From positions 420,001 to 452,000 of the forward strand of contig OZ252279.1 of assembly GCA_965250005.1 (NCBI GenBank): a stretch of 32,000 nt of DNA. The letters run 5' to 3'. The position numbers and the translations under genes are program-made. How positions within the stretch are numbered: position 1 is the first letter of the stretch; each line of letters starts with the position of its first letter. The notes under the pieces are model-generated. The model was not told the origin of the DNA. It did not search any database and was given only the letters and a program-made list of their open reading frames with translations. The DNA comes from Demequinaceae bacterium (GTDB lineage: Bacteria > Actinomycetota > Actinomycetes > Actinomycetales > Demequinaceae). Shown here one piece after another: positions 9,879 through 18,092 of the stretch.

Positions 9879-9917
9879 CGTGATTCACAACGCGCGCGTG
9901 GAGACTCCTCGCCGCAA

Positions 9918-9940
9918 TGCTGGCTTCGGCTGGCACATTT
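9918..9940 (+). promoter_or_regulatory. cUUCGg tetraloop hairpin followed by a short U-run, immediately upstream of the SD (possible attenuator or stabiliser)
   Basis: U-GCUGGC (9918-9924) pairs with GCUGGC-A (9929-9935) over 7 bp, including two G-U pairs. The loop is UUCG, closed by C-G. CAUUU (9936-9940) follows, then the SD GGAGGG (9941-9946). Confidence 0.3.
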
Positions 9941-9950
9941 GGAGGGAATA

Positions 9951-11174
9951 ATGGCATCACCGAAAACCTTCGTTCGTGGAGCAGCGATTGCTGCAGCCGC
10001 GACGCTGGCGCTTTCTGCCTGTGCTGCAGGTGGTGGCGACGGCTTGAAGATTGGCACGCTGCTGCCCCTCACGGGCAGTCTCGCGTTCCTCGGCCCGCCC
10101 GAGGTCGCAGGCGTGGACCTCGCTATTGAGGAAGTCAACGCGGCTGGCGGCGTCAATGGCGCCGACGTCACCGTGATCCACAAGGACTCGTCAGACACCG
10201 CTAACCCGCAGATCGCGACTCAGTCCGTTACCGACATGATCGGTGATGGCGTGGGCGCAATTGTTGGAGCTGCGTCATCTTCCGTGTCCCTCAACGTTGT
10301 AGATGACATCGCGGCCGCTCAGATCGTTCAGATCTCCCCGGCCAACACTTCAACTGCGCTTAGTGGCTACTCGCCGTTCTACTTCCGTGTTGCTCCGCCG
10401 GACACGGTTCAGGGCAGCGCACTCGCCAACCTGATGCTTGCCGACGGCCACAGCGATATCGGCATCCTCGTCTTTAACGATGACTATGGAACGTCGCTCC
10501 GCGATGTTGTCCAGACCGTCGTTGAAAAGGATGGCGGAAGCATCACTTATGGCAAGTCCGGCCAGGAGTTCGACCCCAACGGTTCGAACTTCGCGTCTGA
10601 CGTCGCAGCCGTGCTTGAGACCAGTCCGGACGCGATCGCAGTGATCGCATTCGACCAGACCAAGCAGATCATCCCCGAACTGGTTGCCGCTGGCTACCCG
10701 TCCGACCAGCTTTACCTGGTTGACGGAAACACCACGAGCTACGAGGAAGATTTCGAGGCTGGTGCTCTCAACGGTGCTCAGGGAACCATTCCTGGCGCAT
10801 TCCCGTCGGACGCATTTGCGGCCCGTCTGGAAGCCGTAAACGGTAGCCCGCTTGACACCTACGCGTACGGCCCTGAGTCGTACGACGCCACCATGTTGGT
10901 CGCGCTTGCCGCGGTCCGCGGAGGCGCGAACGACGGTGTCACGATCAAGGACAACCTACCCGCCGTTTCTGGATCTAACGGTGGAACCGAGTGCTCTGGA
11001 TTCGTAGAGTGCCGTGACCTGCTCGACGCTGGCGACGAGATTACTTACGTCGCAGTCGCCGGATCAGGTGCGTTCAACTCGGACAACGACCCAGCGAGCG
11101 CCTTCATCGGCGTTTACTCGTTCGACAACGACAACATCCCCGCATGGGTGCGGGCGGTTTACGGAGAGGTCTAA
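9951..11174 (+). CDS. ABC transporter substrate-binding lipoprotein, Liv (branched-chain/hydrophobic amino acid) family
   Basis: ATG at 9951, preceded by GGAGGG (9941-9946). The listed ORF starts at a TTG at 9939. Signal peptide with lipobox: AAATLALSAC-AAGGG. Type-I periplasmic-binding-fold features are present (LKIGTLLPLTGSLAFLGP, VGAIVGAASSS). Confidence 0.9.
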   Translation: MASPKTFVRGAAIAAAATLALSACAAGGGDGLKIGTLLPLTGSLAFLGPPEVAGVDLAIEEVNAAGGVNGADVTVIHKDSSDTANPQIATQSVTDMIGDGVGAIVGAASSSVSLNVVDDIAAAQIVQISPANTSTALSGYSPFYFRVAPPDTVQGSALANLMLADGHSDIGILVFNDDYGTSLRDVVQTVVEKDGGSITYGKSGQEFDPNGSNFASDVAAVLETSPDAIAVIAFDQTKQIIPELVAAGYPSDQLYLVDGNTTSYEEDFEAGALNGAQGTIPGAFPSDAFAARLEAVNGSPLDTYAYGPESYDATMLVALAAVRGGANDGVTIKDNLPAVSGSNGGTECSGFVECRDLLDAGDEITYVAVAGSGAFNSDNDPASAFIGVYSFDNDNIPAWVRAVYGEV

Positions 11175-11191
11175 CCCCTCCGGAGACGCGG

Positions 11192-11223
11192 AAGGGCCCC
11201 CAGCCAAGGCTGGGGGCCCTTTT
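11192..11223 (+). terminator. Intrinsic terminator of the solute-binding gene
   Basis: AAGGGCCCCCAG (11192-11203) pairs perfectly with CTGGGGGCCCTT (11210-11221) around the loop CCAAGG. A T-run follows (the stem's 3' TT runs on as TTTT). It lies 18 nt after the stop codon. Confidence 0.8.
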
Positions 11224-11294
11224 GCGCGCCTCACGTGGCGCTGGGTGCGTTTCCCCTAGTTCAGGCGGCGTTTGCCGCCCAGAAGGCCGCTTTG

Positions 11295-12026
11295 CTAGGC
11301 GCCCAGGGTGCCTAGGTACAGTTCGATGACACGCGGGTCCTTGAGTAGGTTCTGGCCCGTGTCCGTGTACTTGCTGGTGCCCTGATCAAGTACGTATCCG
11401 CGGTCGCAAATCTGCAGGCACCTGCGGGCGTTCTGTTCAACCATGACGACAGTGACGCCCGTGCGGTTGATGTCGCGCGTGCGGATGAATGTCTCGTCCT
11501 GGCGGTTGGGAGACAGCCCCGCAGACGGTTCGTCGAGTAGCAGCACCGACGGCTCCATCATGAGGGCCCGCGCCATCGCTACCATCTGTCGTTCGCCGCC
11601 CGACAACGAGCCTGCACGCTGGCTTCTGCGATCGATGAGGACGGGGAAGATTTCGCCGATCGCGTCGAGGCGCTCGGCGAGGCGTTTGTGGTCCTGGAAC
11701 ATGCCCATTTCGAGGTTCGCTTCGATGGTGAGCGACGGGAACACATTGTCGTTCTGTGGGACGAAGCCGATGCCGCGCCGCACGAGCTGGTCCGGCCGCA
11801 TGTCGGTGATGTCCTCGCCCCGGAACAGGGCCTCGCCACCGCGCACGTTCACAAGCCCGAACAGTGCCTTAAGGAGCGTGGATTTACCGGCGCCATTCGG
11901 CCCGATGATTCCGATCAATTCGCCCTCACGGACGTTGAGGTTGCACCCATTGAGGATGTCGATTCCCGGAAGGTAGCCCGCGTAGAGGTCAGTCGCCTCG
12001 AGGATTACGTCAGTCTTCTTTGCCAT
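11295..12026 (-). CDS. livF: Liv-type ABC transporter ATP-binding protein (LivF-like)
   Basis: 243 aa. Walker A GPNGAGKST, signature LSGGERQM, Walker B LLLDEPSAGLSP. The start overlaps the livG stop by 1 nt (TGATG). Confidence 0.93.
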   Translation of the reverse strand: MAKKTDVILEATDLYAGYLPGIDILNGCNLNVREGELIGIIGPNGAGKSTLLKALFGLVNVRGGEALFRGEDITDMRPDQLVRRGIGFVPQNDNVFPSLTIEANLEMGMFQDHKRLAERLDAIGEIFPVLIDRRSQRAGSLSGGERQMVAMARALMMEPSVLLLDEPSAGLSPNRQDETFIRTRDINRTGVTVVMVEQNARRCLQICDRGYVLDQGTSKYTDTGQNLLKDPRVIELYLGTLGA

Positions 12027-12868
12027 CAGCGCTCTTCCGAAAGGTCCATGTCGTGGTGGGTGCCCAAATACGCGTCCTGCACGACGGTGCTGCGCATCAC
12101 CTTGTCCGCAGTGCCCTCAGCAATGATCTTGCCCTCCGACATCACCACGACCCAATCCGAAATGCGGCGCACCATGTGCATGTCGTGTTCGACGAACAGA
12201 ACCGTGATGCCCTCGTCTTTGAGGCGGACAATGTGGTCTAGGAGCGACTCCGTGAGCGCGGGGTTCACGCCTGCCATGGGCTCGTCAAGCATCAGGATTT
12301 CGGGATCCGACATGAGTGCTCGCGCCATTTCAAGGAGCTTGCGCTGTCCGCCAGAGAGTTCACCCGCGAAGTCGTCGCGCTTGGGAAGAAGGCTGAAGCG
12401 ATCCAGGATTTCCTCGGCGCGGACCGTGATTTCGGCCTCCCGCTTGCGCCAAATCCACGGTGCGAACGCGGTGAAGATGTTCTCTCCGGGCTGGTGCCGC
12501 GCACCGAGTCGCATGTTTTCGATGACGGTCATGCGGTTGAGAGCTTTGGTTAGTTGGAACGTCCGCACCATGCCCCGCTGAGCGACTTTCGCGGGCGCCA
12601 TGCCGCCGAGGCTTACGCCGTTGAAGGTCCACGCGCCACTCTGCGGCGTGTCGAAACCGGTAATGGCGTTGAAGAATGTCGACTTGCCGGCGCCATTGGG
12701 CCCGATGAGCGCGGTAACGGCGTGCCGTTGAATCTCGAGGTGTTTGACGTCTACGGCTGTGAGCCCGCCGAAGTGCCGATGGACGTTGTCCGCCACGACG
12801 ATGGCGTCTGGCTTGACTGCTCCAGGCACGTGCTTGACGCCAGCCAGGGCGTTCGTCTTCTTAGCCAT
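12026..12868 (-). CDS. livG: Liv-type ABC transporter ATP-binding protein (LivG-like)
   Basis: 280 aa. Walker A GPNGAGKST, signature LSGGQRKLLEMARAL, Walker B LMLDEPMAGVNP. It overlaps the livM end by 8 nt. Confidence 0.93.
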   Translation of the reverse strand: MAKKTNALAGVKHVPGAVKPDAIVVADNVHRHFGGLTAVDVKHLEIQRHAVTALIGPNGAGKSTFFNAITGFDTPQSGAWTFNGVSLGGMAPAKVAQRGMVRTFQLTKALNRMTVIENMRLGARHQPGENIFTAFAPWIWRKREAEITVRAEEILDRFSLLPKRDDFAGELSGGQRKLLEMARALMSDPEILMLDEPMAGVNPALTESLLDHIVRLKDEGITVLFVEHDMHMVRRISDWVVVMSEGKIIAEGTADKVMRSTVVQDAYLGTHHDMDLSEER

Positions 12869-13847
12869 TGATTGCCAACTCCCGCTTGTCTCCCAAGATT
12901 CCTTGCGGTCTGAAGATCACCAGCAGCATCAACGCGATTCCCACCAGGGCTAGGGACAGTGGCTCAACCTGAACTGTGGTGAGGAACGGCAGGGCGATGG
13001 GCGCCACAATCTTGATGAGATAGAGCGCAGCGGCATAGATCATTGCGCCCAAGATGGGCCCAAATACCTTCGCGGCGCCTCCTAGCAACAGCATGGTCCA
13101 GAGGTAGAACGTGACCGGCCGGCCCATGGAGTCTGGTTGGACGCTCGCGCCATGGGCCCACACCACACCTCCGAGTGCCCCGAGCACACCGCCGATTACG
13201 AGGGCCTGCATCTTGTAGGAGTAGACGTTCTTTCCGAGCGAACGCACGGCATCCTCGTCCTCGCGGATGCCCTTGAGTACGCGACCCCAAGGACTGTTGC
13301 TCAGGCGCCAGAAGAGGTACGCGAAAATGACGACCAGAATCACGCCTACAACGCGAAGCCACCATGAGTTTCCGTCGGACCCGTGGTGTGCGAACGGCGT
13401 CGTGCCAAGCGCGGGAATGTACTTGTCGGGGAACGGTGACAGGCTCTCGAACGGCTGGTCGTACTCGTTTTGCCGGATCCCGGTTGAGGCGGATGTCAGT
13501 CCAATGAGCGACTGCGAGCGACCCAGGTAGCGGATCATCTCGGACGCGGCGATCGTCACGATGGCCAGGTAGTCGCCCCGGAGCCGCAGTGTGGGCCATC
13601 CGAGCAGGAGTGCAAAGGTCACCGCGCAAGCGATCGCAACCAGCACGCCGAGCGCCAGACCGCCTCCCTCGCGAACTGTGATTGCGTATCCGTACATGCC
13701 AAGCAGCATGAATCCCGCATGCCCCATGTTCAGAAGTCCCGTAAGGCCAAAATGGAAGTTGAGGCCGATGGCCGCGAGCGCGAACGCGAGCGTTGTGGGG
13801 TGGAACAAGAAGTCAACGGTGGATCCCAACGTGTTGATGAATTCCAT
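12861..13847 (-). CDS. livM: Liv-type ABC transporter permease (LivM-like)
   Basis: 328 aa and polytopic. It has the LNMGHAGFMLLGMY motif region typical of HAAT-family permeases. Its start lies 3 nt after the livH stop. Confidence 0.9.
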   Translation of the reverse strand: MEFINTLGSTVDFLFHPTTLAFALAAIGLNFHFGLTGLLNMGHAGFMLLGMYGYAITVREGGGLALGVLVAIACAVTFALLLGWPTLRLRGDYLAIVTIAASEMIRYLGRSQSLIGLTSASTGIRQNEYDQPFESLSPFPDKYIPALGTTPFAHHGSDGNSWWLRVVGVILVVIFAYLFWRLSNSPWGRVLKGIREDEDAVRSLGKNVYSYKMQALVIGGVLGALGGVVWAHGASVQPDSMGRPVTFYLWTMLLLGGAAKVFGPILGAMIYAAALYLIKIVAPIALPFLTTVQVEPLSLALVGIALMLLVIFRPQGILGDKRELAING

Positions 13848-13850
13848 GAG

Positions 13851-14936
13851 CTAACCCACCCTTTCCACTCGTCCGAGGATTCCCTGAGGCCTCACCAGCA
13901 GGACGATGATCAGGATGGCTAGGGCGACGGCGTACTTGAGGTCGGGAGCGAGCCACACTGTCGAGACCTCAGCTGCCATGCCGATGATGATCGAGCCGAC
14001 GAGCGCACCGAACGGGTGCCCCAGTCCGCCGAGTGTCACCGCGGCGAACATCAGCAAGAGGATCCGGCCGCCCGCACCAAAGTCGGTCGTATTCTCATAA
14101 ACGGCAAGCAGGATTCCCCCAAGGCCGGCCAGGGCCGTAGCCATGATCCACACGAGCCGGATGATCCGGTTGACAGTGATTCCTGACGCAGACGCCAGCG
14201 CAGCGTTGTCGGAAACTGCCCGTGTCGCCCGACCTAGGCGGGTGCGCAGCAAGAAGTACGCCACGCCTCCTAGCGCCGCCAGCGCAATGATTGTCGAGAC
14301 CAGTGTTTGCTGGCCGATATCGACCGGGCCAAGCGGATAGCGCTCCTCAATCGAGCGCGTCAGCCGCACACGTTCGGAGCCGATCACCATTTGGATGATG
14401 TTGACGAGTGCGAGCGACAGGCCAATCGAGACGATCATCTGCTGGACGTTGCCCACGCGGCGCTTGCGAAGCCTGGACCAGATTCCCCAGTCCTGCAAGT
14501 ATCCCGTACTGGCGGCAAGCGCGATGCCGAGGAGCGCGGCGTACACGAAAGGCATGCCTTGATCGGTGAAGAGGTAGGTGAATACCGCGCCAAGGGTTAC
14601 TTGCTCGCCGTGCGCGAAATTGCTCAGCTTGGTAGTCCCGTAAATCAGCGAGAGCCCCACGGATGCGAGTGCGAGCAGCAGCCCGAACGAGAAGCCGTTG
14701 ACGATATTCTGGAGAAGCCGGTTGGTCTGACGGTACGAAAGCGGTTCGTCAGCAGCGTCCGTTTCAGTCCCTTCGTCGATCACCTCAATCGCGCTAGCCG
14801 CAGCGTCAACCTGTGTCGCCGCCTCAGCCGCGGGGGAGAACCAGACCGCCAGCGCGGCGACTACTGCGAGGAGCAGGATCGCCAGGCTCAATCGGACGGA
14901 TCTACGCGTCAGCACATCCGTCAAGACTGCCTCCAT
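13851..14936 (-). CDS. livH: Liv-type ABC transporter permease (LivH-like) with an N-terminal extension of about 70 aa
   Basis: 361 aa. Similarity to the LivH core begins near NRLLQNIVNGFSFG...IYGTTKLSNFAHGE. The upstream 70-odd residues contain a signal-like segment (TRRSVRLSLAILLLAVVAALAVWFSPAAEA) and an acidic linker. The only later in-frame start candidate is the GTG in EVIDEG, and it has no spacer after a GAGG. Confidence 0.85.
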   Translation of the reverse strand: MEAVLTDVLTRRSVRLSLAILLLAVVAALAVWFSPAAEAATQVDAAASAIEVIDEGTETDAADEPLSYRQTNRLLQNIVNGFSFGLLLALASVGLSLIYGTTKLSNFAHGEQVTLGAVFTYLFTDQGMPFVYAALLGIALAASTGYLQDWGIWSRLRKRRVGNVQQMIVSIGLSLALVNIIQMVIGSERVRLTRSIEERYPLGPVDIGQQTLVSTIIALAALGGVAYFLLRTRLGRATRAVSDNAALASASGITVNRIIRLVWIMATALAGLGGILLAVYENTTDFGAGGRILLLMFAAVTLGGLGHPFGALVGSIIIGMAAEVSTVWLAPDLKYAVALAILIIVLLVRPQGILGRVERVG

Positions 14937-14965
14937 TGCCGTTGTCTCGGACCGTTGTACCCATG

Positions 14966-15391
14966 TTAGCCGTGCGCTCCGCCCGTGGGTTGCGGGACGA
15001 TAACGTTTGTCAGTCTTGCCGTGGCGACGCGCTTGTTAGCGTCGTCCGTTATCGCGATTTCGTACGTCGCAACGGTCCTGCCCAAGTGAACCGCGGTCGC
15101 CGTGCCGGTGACCACCCCTTCGCGTACGGCGCGGTGATGGGTGATGTTGAGGTCGACGCCGACTGCGAGGCCTGCGGGCTGACAGTGAACGATCGCGCCG
15201 TAACTGCCGAGCGTTTCGGCCAGTGCCGCAGTGGCGCCGCCGTGCAGCAGGCCCATGGGCTGGGTGTTGCCTTCAACCGGCATGGTGCCGACCACCCGCT
15301 CGGCAGAGAGTTCGAGGATTTCGATGCCGAGCCGGTGAACCAACGCACTCGGTGGAAACTGCGAGAGTAAGTGCTCGGTGACCTTGTCCAT
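14966..15391 (-). CDS. PaaI/YbdB-type hotdog-fold acyl-CoA thioesterase
   Basis: 141 aa. The pattern LGIEILELSAERVVGTMPV...NTQPMGLLHGGATAALAETLGS...HHRAV...G...A..VHLGRTVATYEI is typical of the PaaI thioesterase family. The stop lies 29 nt upstream of the livH start on the same strand. Confidence 0.85.
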   Translation of the reverse strand: MDKVTEHLLSQFPPSALVHRLGIEILELSAERVVGTMPVEGNTQPMGLLHGGATAALAETLGSYGAIVHCQPAGLAVGVDLNITHHRAVREGVVTGTATAVHLGRTVATYEIAITDDANKRVATARLTNVIVPQPTGGAHG

Positions 15392-15396
15392 AGAGA

Positions 15397-15405
15397 TACA
15401 TTGTC
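15397..15405. promoter_or_regulatory. Overlapping divergent -10-like hexamers in the 17-bp polA/thioesterase spacer
   Basis: Plus-strand TACATT (15397-15402, TANNNT) lies 6 nt upstream of the polA GTG (15409). Minus-strand GACAAT (15405->15400) lies 8 nt upstream of the thioesterase ATG (15391). Neither start is preceded by an SD sequence. Confidence 0.35.
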
Positions 15406-15408
15406 ACA

Positions 15409-18081
15409 GTGAGCGAAGAACCCAAGGGAACCCTGCTGCTAGTGGACGGACTGTCCATGGCGTTCCGCGCGTTCTATGGACTACCAGTGGAGAATTTCGC
15501 GACGTCGACAGGCGAACCCACCAACGCCGTCTACGGCTTCACGGCGATGCTCGCGACGTTGCTGAGGGACCATGAGCCGACGCACGTGGCGGTCGCCATG
15601 GACGTCGGTTCCACGACGTTCAGGACCGAACGGTTGCCGTCCTACAAGGGCACCAGGGCTGAGACACCGCCAGAGTTCAAACCACAGATCCCACTGATCT
15701 ATGAAGTGCTCGATGCGCTAAACGTGCAGGCAATCGGCAAGGACAACTTCGAGGCGGACGACATCCTCGCCACCTACGCGCGTCAAGGCGCGGAGCAAGG
15801 GTACAGAGTTCTCGTTATCTCGGGCGACCGCGACACGTTTCAACTGGTCAATGAGGACGTCACTGTGCTCTACCCACGCAAGGGCGTGTCCGACCTAGTG
15901 GTGATGACTCCCAACGCGGTCGAGGCCAAGTACGACGTCCGGCCCGAGAACTACCCGGACCTCGCCGCGCTCGTGGGGGAGACCAGCGATAACCTCCCGG
16001 GGGTGCCGGGGGTCGGCCCCAAGACAGCTGCCAAGTGGATCAACCTTTATGGGCCGCTTCCCGAGATAATCGCAGCGGCCGACGACATCCCCGGCAAGGT
16101 GGGGGAGAGCCTGCGCGCCCACATCGACACGGTGAAACTCAACCGGGAGCTCAATGCGCTGTTAACCGACGTTGAGCTGCCGCTGACGGTGGACGACCTG
16201 GTCAGGGTGCCCGCCAGCGCAGAGGCCATCCACCGCGTGTGCGATGCGCTGCAGTTCAAGTCGCTGCGCGCGCGGTTACTCCCGCTGGCAGATGAGCCAG
16301 ACGCTGACGCGCCAGGCCCCGCGGCGTCGGCGGAAGCAGAGGACGTTGACGTGGTGACTGACAACGCCACAGCCGGAATCGCCGCCATGAAAGGGCGCGT
16401 GTTCGTCTACGTTGACGGCAACGCAGGGGAAGAAGCGGATGCGATCGCCCTTGGCGTCGCCGACGGACAAGGTGCAGCGTGGGGGGTCGACTTCGCTCAC
16501 GCCACGCCGAAGGAAGAACAGATGCTGGAGGCGTGGCTCGCCGACGCGGGGGTCCTCAAGGTGCTCCACGGCGCCAAGGCCAGTTGGCACGCGCTCGCCT
16601 CGCGGGGCTGGACCCTTGGCGGCGTCGATGGCGACACCGAAATCGCCGCATACCTCGTGCAGCCCGATCAGCGAGGATTTGACCTTGACGACGTGTTGCA
16701 ACGCTACTTGGGGCTCAGCCCGTCTGCGCAAGGTGGGGGAGGCGAGCTGGATCTGGGGCTCGGAGCGAGCGCCGCAGAATCCGCCGGAGCGCGCGCGGCT
16801 GCCCTCGCACGGGTGGCGGACGAGCTCGAACCTGTTGTCGCCGAGCGCGGAATGCAGGGCGTCTACCGCGACTTTGAACTGCCACTCATCGACGTGCTCG
16901 CGCGAATGGAATCCGCCGGCGTAGCGATAAACGCCACGCGTCTCGAAAGTCTCGCCGCAGAGTGCGCAACGCGCACCCGCAAGGCTCAGGATTCGGCATT
17001 CGCCGCGATCGACGGCCACGAGGTGAACCTCGCCTCGCCCAAGCAGCTTCAAGAAGTCCTCTTCGACCGACTCGGGATGCCCAAGACCAAGAAGACTAAG
17101 ACTGGCTACTCCACCGACGCGTCGTCGCTGGGCGAGCTCTACGAGAAGCAGCCGCACCCGTTCCTCGAAGCGCTGCTCGCACACCGCGACGCCAGCAAGC
17201 TGGGACAAATCATCGAAACGCTCTCGAAGGCGATCGGTCCCGACAAACGGATTCACACCACGTTCAGCCAGACGGTCGCATCCACGGGGCGACTGTCGTC
17301 GAAGAACCCCAATCTTCAGAACATCCCCATCCGCACGGAGGATGGCCATCGCATTCGCGAAGCATTCGTCGTGGGCGATGGCTTCGAAACGCTTCTCACC
17401 GCCGATTACAGCCAGATTGAAATGCGCATCATGGCGCACCTGTCAGAGGACGCGGCTCTCATCGCCGCATTCGACGCCGGCGAGGACCTTCACAGATTCG
17501 TGGGCTCACGCGTCTTCGGAGTGCCTCCCGAGGGCGTCACCCCCGAGATGCGGTCGCAGGTCAAGGCCATGTCCTACGGACTGGCGTACGGGTTGAGCAG
17601 CTTTGGCCTTGCGCGACAATTAGGGGCGTCAGTAGGGGAGGCGCAGGCGCTCATGGACGACTACTACTCTCGGTTCGGTGCGGTGCACGACTATCTCGAC
17701 TCAGTTGTCGCCCGCGCCCGCAAAGACGGCTTTACGGAAACCCTCTTCGGCCGCAAGCGTTTCCTGCCGGACCTCAACTCCACCAATAGACAAAGGCGGG
17801 AGATGTCAGAACGCATGGCGCTTAACGCCCCTATTCAGGGGAGTGCAGCAGACCTGATCAAGCGCGCGATGCTGGGCGTTGACGCGCGCCTGCGCGACAC
17901 GGGACTAGAGTCGCGCCAGTTGTTGCAGGTTCATGATGAACTGGTGCTTGAAGTCGCGCGCGGCGAGCGGGATGCCGTAGAAGATATCGTGCGCAAAGAG
18001 ATGGCGAACGCAGCGCAGCTGCGGGTGCCCCTCGATGTCAATGTAGGAGTAGGACCGAACTGGCGAGCAGCCGGACACTAG
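15409..18081 (+). CDS. polA: DNA polymerase I
   Basis: 890 aa. 5'-nuclease domain (LLLVDGLSMAFRAFYGLP, GDRDTFQLV), central domain, and family-A polymerase motifs (DYSQIEMRIMAHLS, RSQVKAMSYGLAYG, QVHDELVLE). Confidence 0.96.
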   Translation: MSEEPKGTLLLVDGLSMAFRAFYGLPVENFATSTGEPTNAVYGFTAMLATLLRDHEPTHVAVAMDVGSTTFRTERLPSYKGTRAETPPEFKPQIPLIYEVLDALNVQAIGKDNFEADDILATYARQGAEQGYRVLVISGDRDTFQLVNEDVTVLYPRKGVSDLVVMTPNAVEAKYDVRPENYPDLAALVGETSDNLPGVPGVGPKTAAKWINLYGPLPEIIAAADDIPGKVGESLRAHIDTVKLNRELNALLTDVELPLTVDDLVRVPASAEAIHRVCDALQFKSLRARLLPLADEPDADAPGPAASAEAEDVDVVTDNATAGIAAMKGRVFVYVDGNAGEEADAIALGVADGQGAAWGVDFAHATPKEEQMLEAWLADAGVLKVLHGAKASWHALASRGWTLGGVDGDTEIAAYLVQPDQRGFDLDDVLQRYLGLSPSAQGGGGELDLGLGASAAESAGARAAALARVADELEPVVAERGMQGVYRDFELPLIDVLARMESAGVAINATRLESLAAECATRTRKAQDSAFAAIDGHEVNLASPKQLQEVLFDRLGMPKTKKTKTGYSTDASSLGELYEKQPHPFLEALLAHRDASKLGQIIETLSKAIGPDKRIHTTFSQTVASTGRLSSKNPNLQNIPIRTEDGHRIREAFVVGDGFETLLTADYSQIEMRIMAHLSEDAALIAAFDAGEDLHRFVGSRVFGVPPEGVTPEMRSQVKAMSYGLAYGLSSFGLARQLGASVGEAQALMDDYYSRFGAVHDYLDSVVARARKDGFTETLFGRKRFLPDLNSTNRQRREMSERMALNAPIQGSAADLIKRAMLGVDARLRDTGLESRQLLQVHDELVLEVARGERDAVEDIVRKEMANAAQLRVPLDVNVGVGPNWRAAGH

Positions 18082-18092
18082 GTGGCTAGAAC

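Noticed and set aside
9827-9935. Canonical ANTAR dual-hexaloop target motif in the leader of the solute-binding gene.
   Set aside because: Only one hexaloop hairpin is present (loop AAUAUA, lacking G at position 4), and it probably overlaps the promoter. The other hairpins have 15-nt or 4-nt loops. I report the region as a structured-leader hypothesis, not as an ANTAR motif call.
11264-11279. GGCGGC-GTTT-GCCGCC hairpin downstream of livF as a minus-strand terminator.
   Set aside because: The stem is only 6-7 bp and no U-tract follows on the minus strand. The strong hairpin at 11192-11221 may serve both convergent units. This is too weak to list as a feature.
15384-15402. Mycobacterial RecA-independent damage promoter motif (tTGTCRgtg-N8-TAnnnT) upstream of polA.
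   Set aside because: TTGTCC is present at 15384-15389, but it is followed by ATA rather than gtg. The distance to TACATT is too short (7 nt after TTGTCC, against 11 expected).
16276-17439. 387-aa ORF antisense to polA. Similar long antisense ORFs lie at 22193-23314 (opposite uvrB), 29965-30951 (opposite rapZ/whiA), 28304-29119 (opposite uvrC), 11688-12581 (opposite livG/livF) and 542-1165 (opposite lgt).
   Set aside because: Each lies entirely opposite a gene with unmistakable family motifs. Their translations are Arg/Ala/Gly/His-rich low-complexity sequence with no recognisable domains. Long stop-free antisense frames are expected in GC-rich DNA, where GC-rich codons deplete stop codons on the opposite strand.
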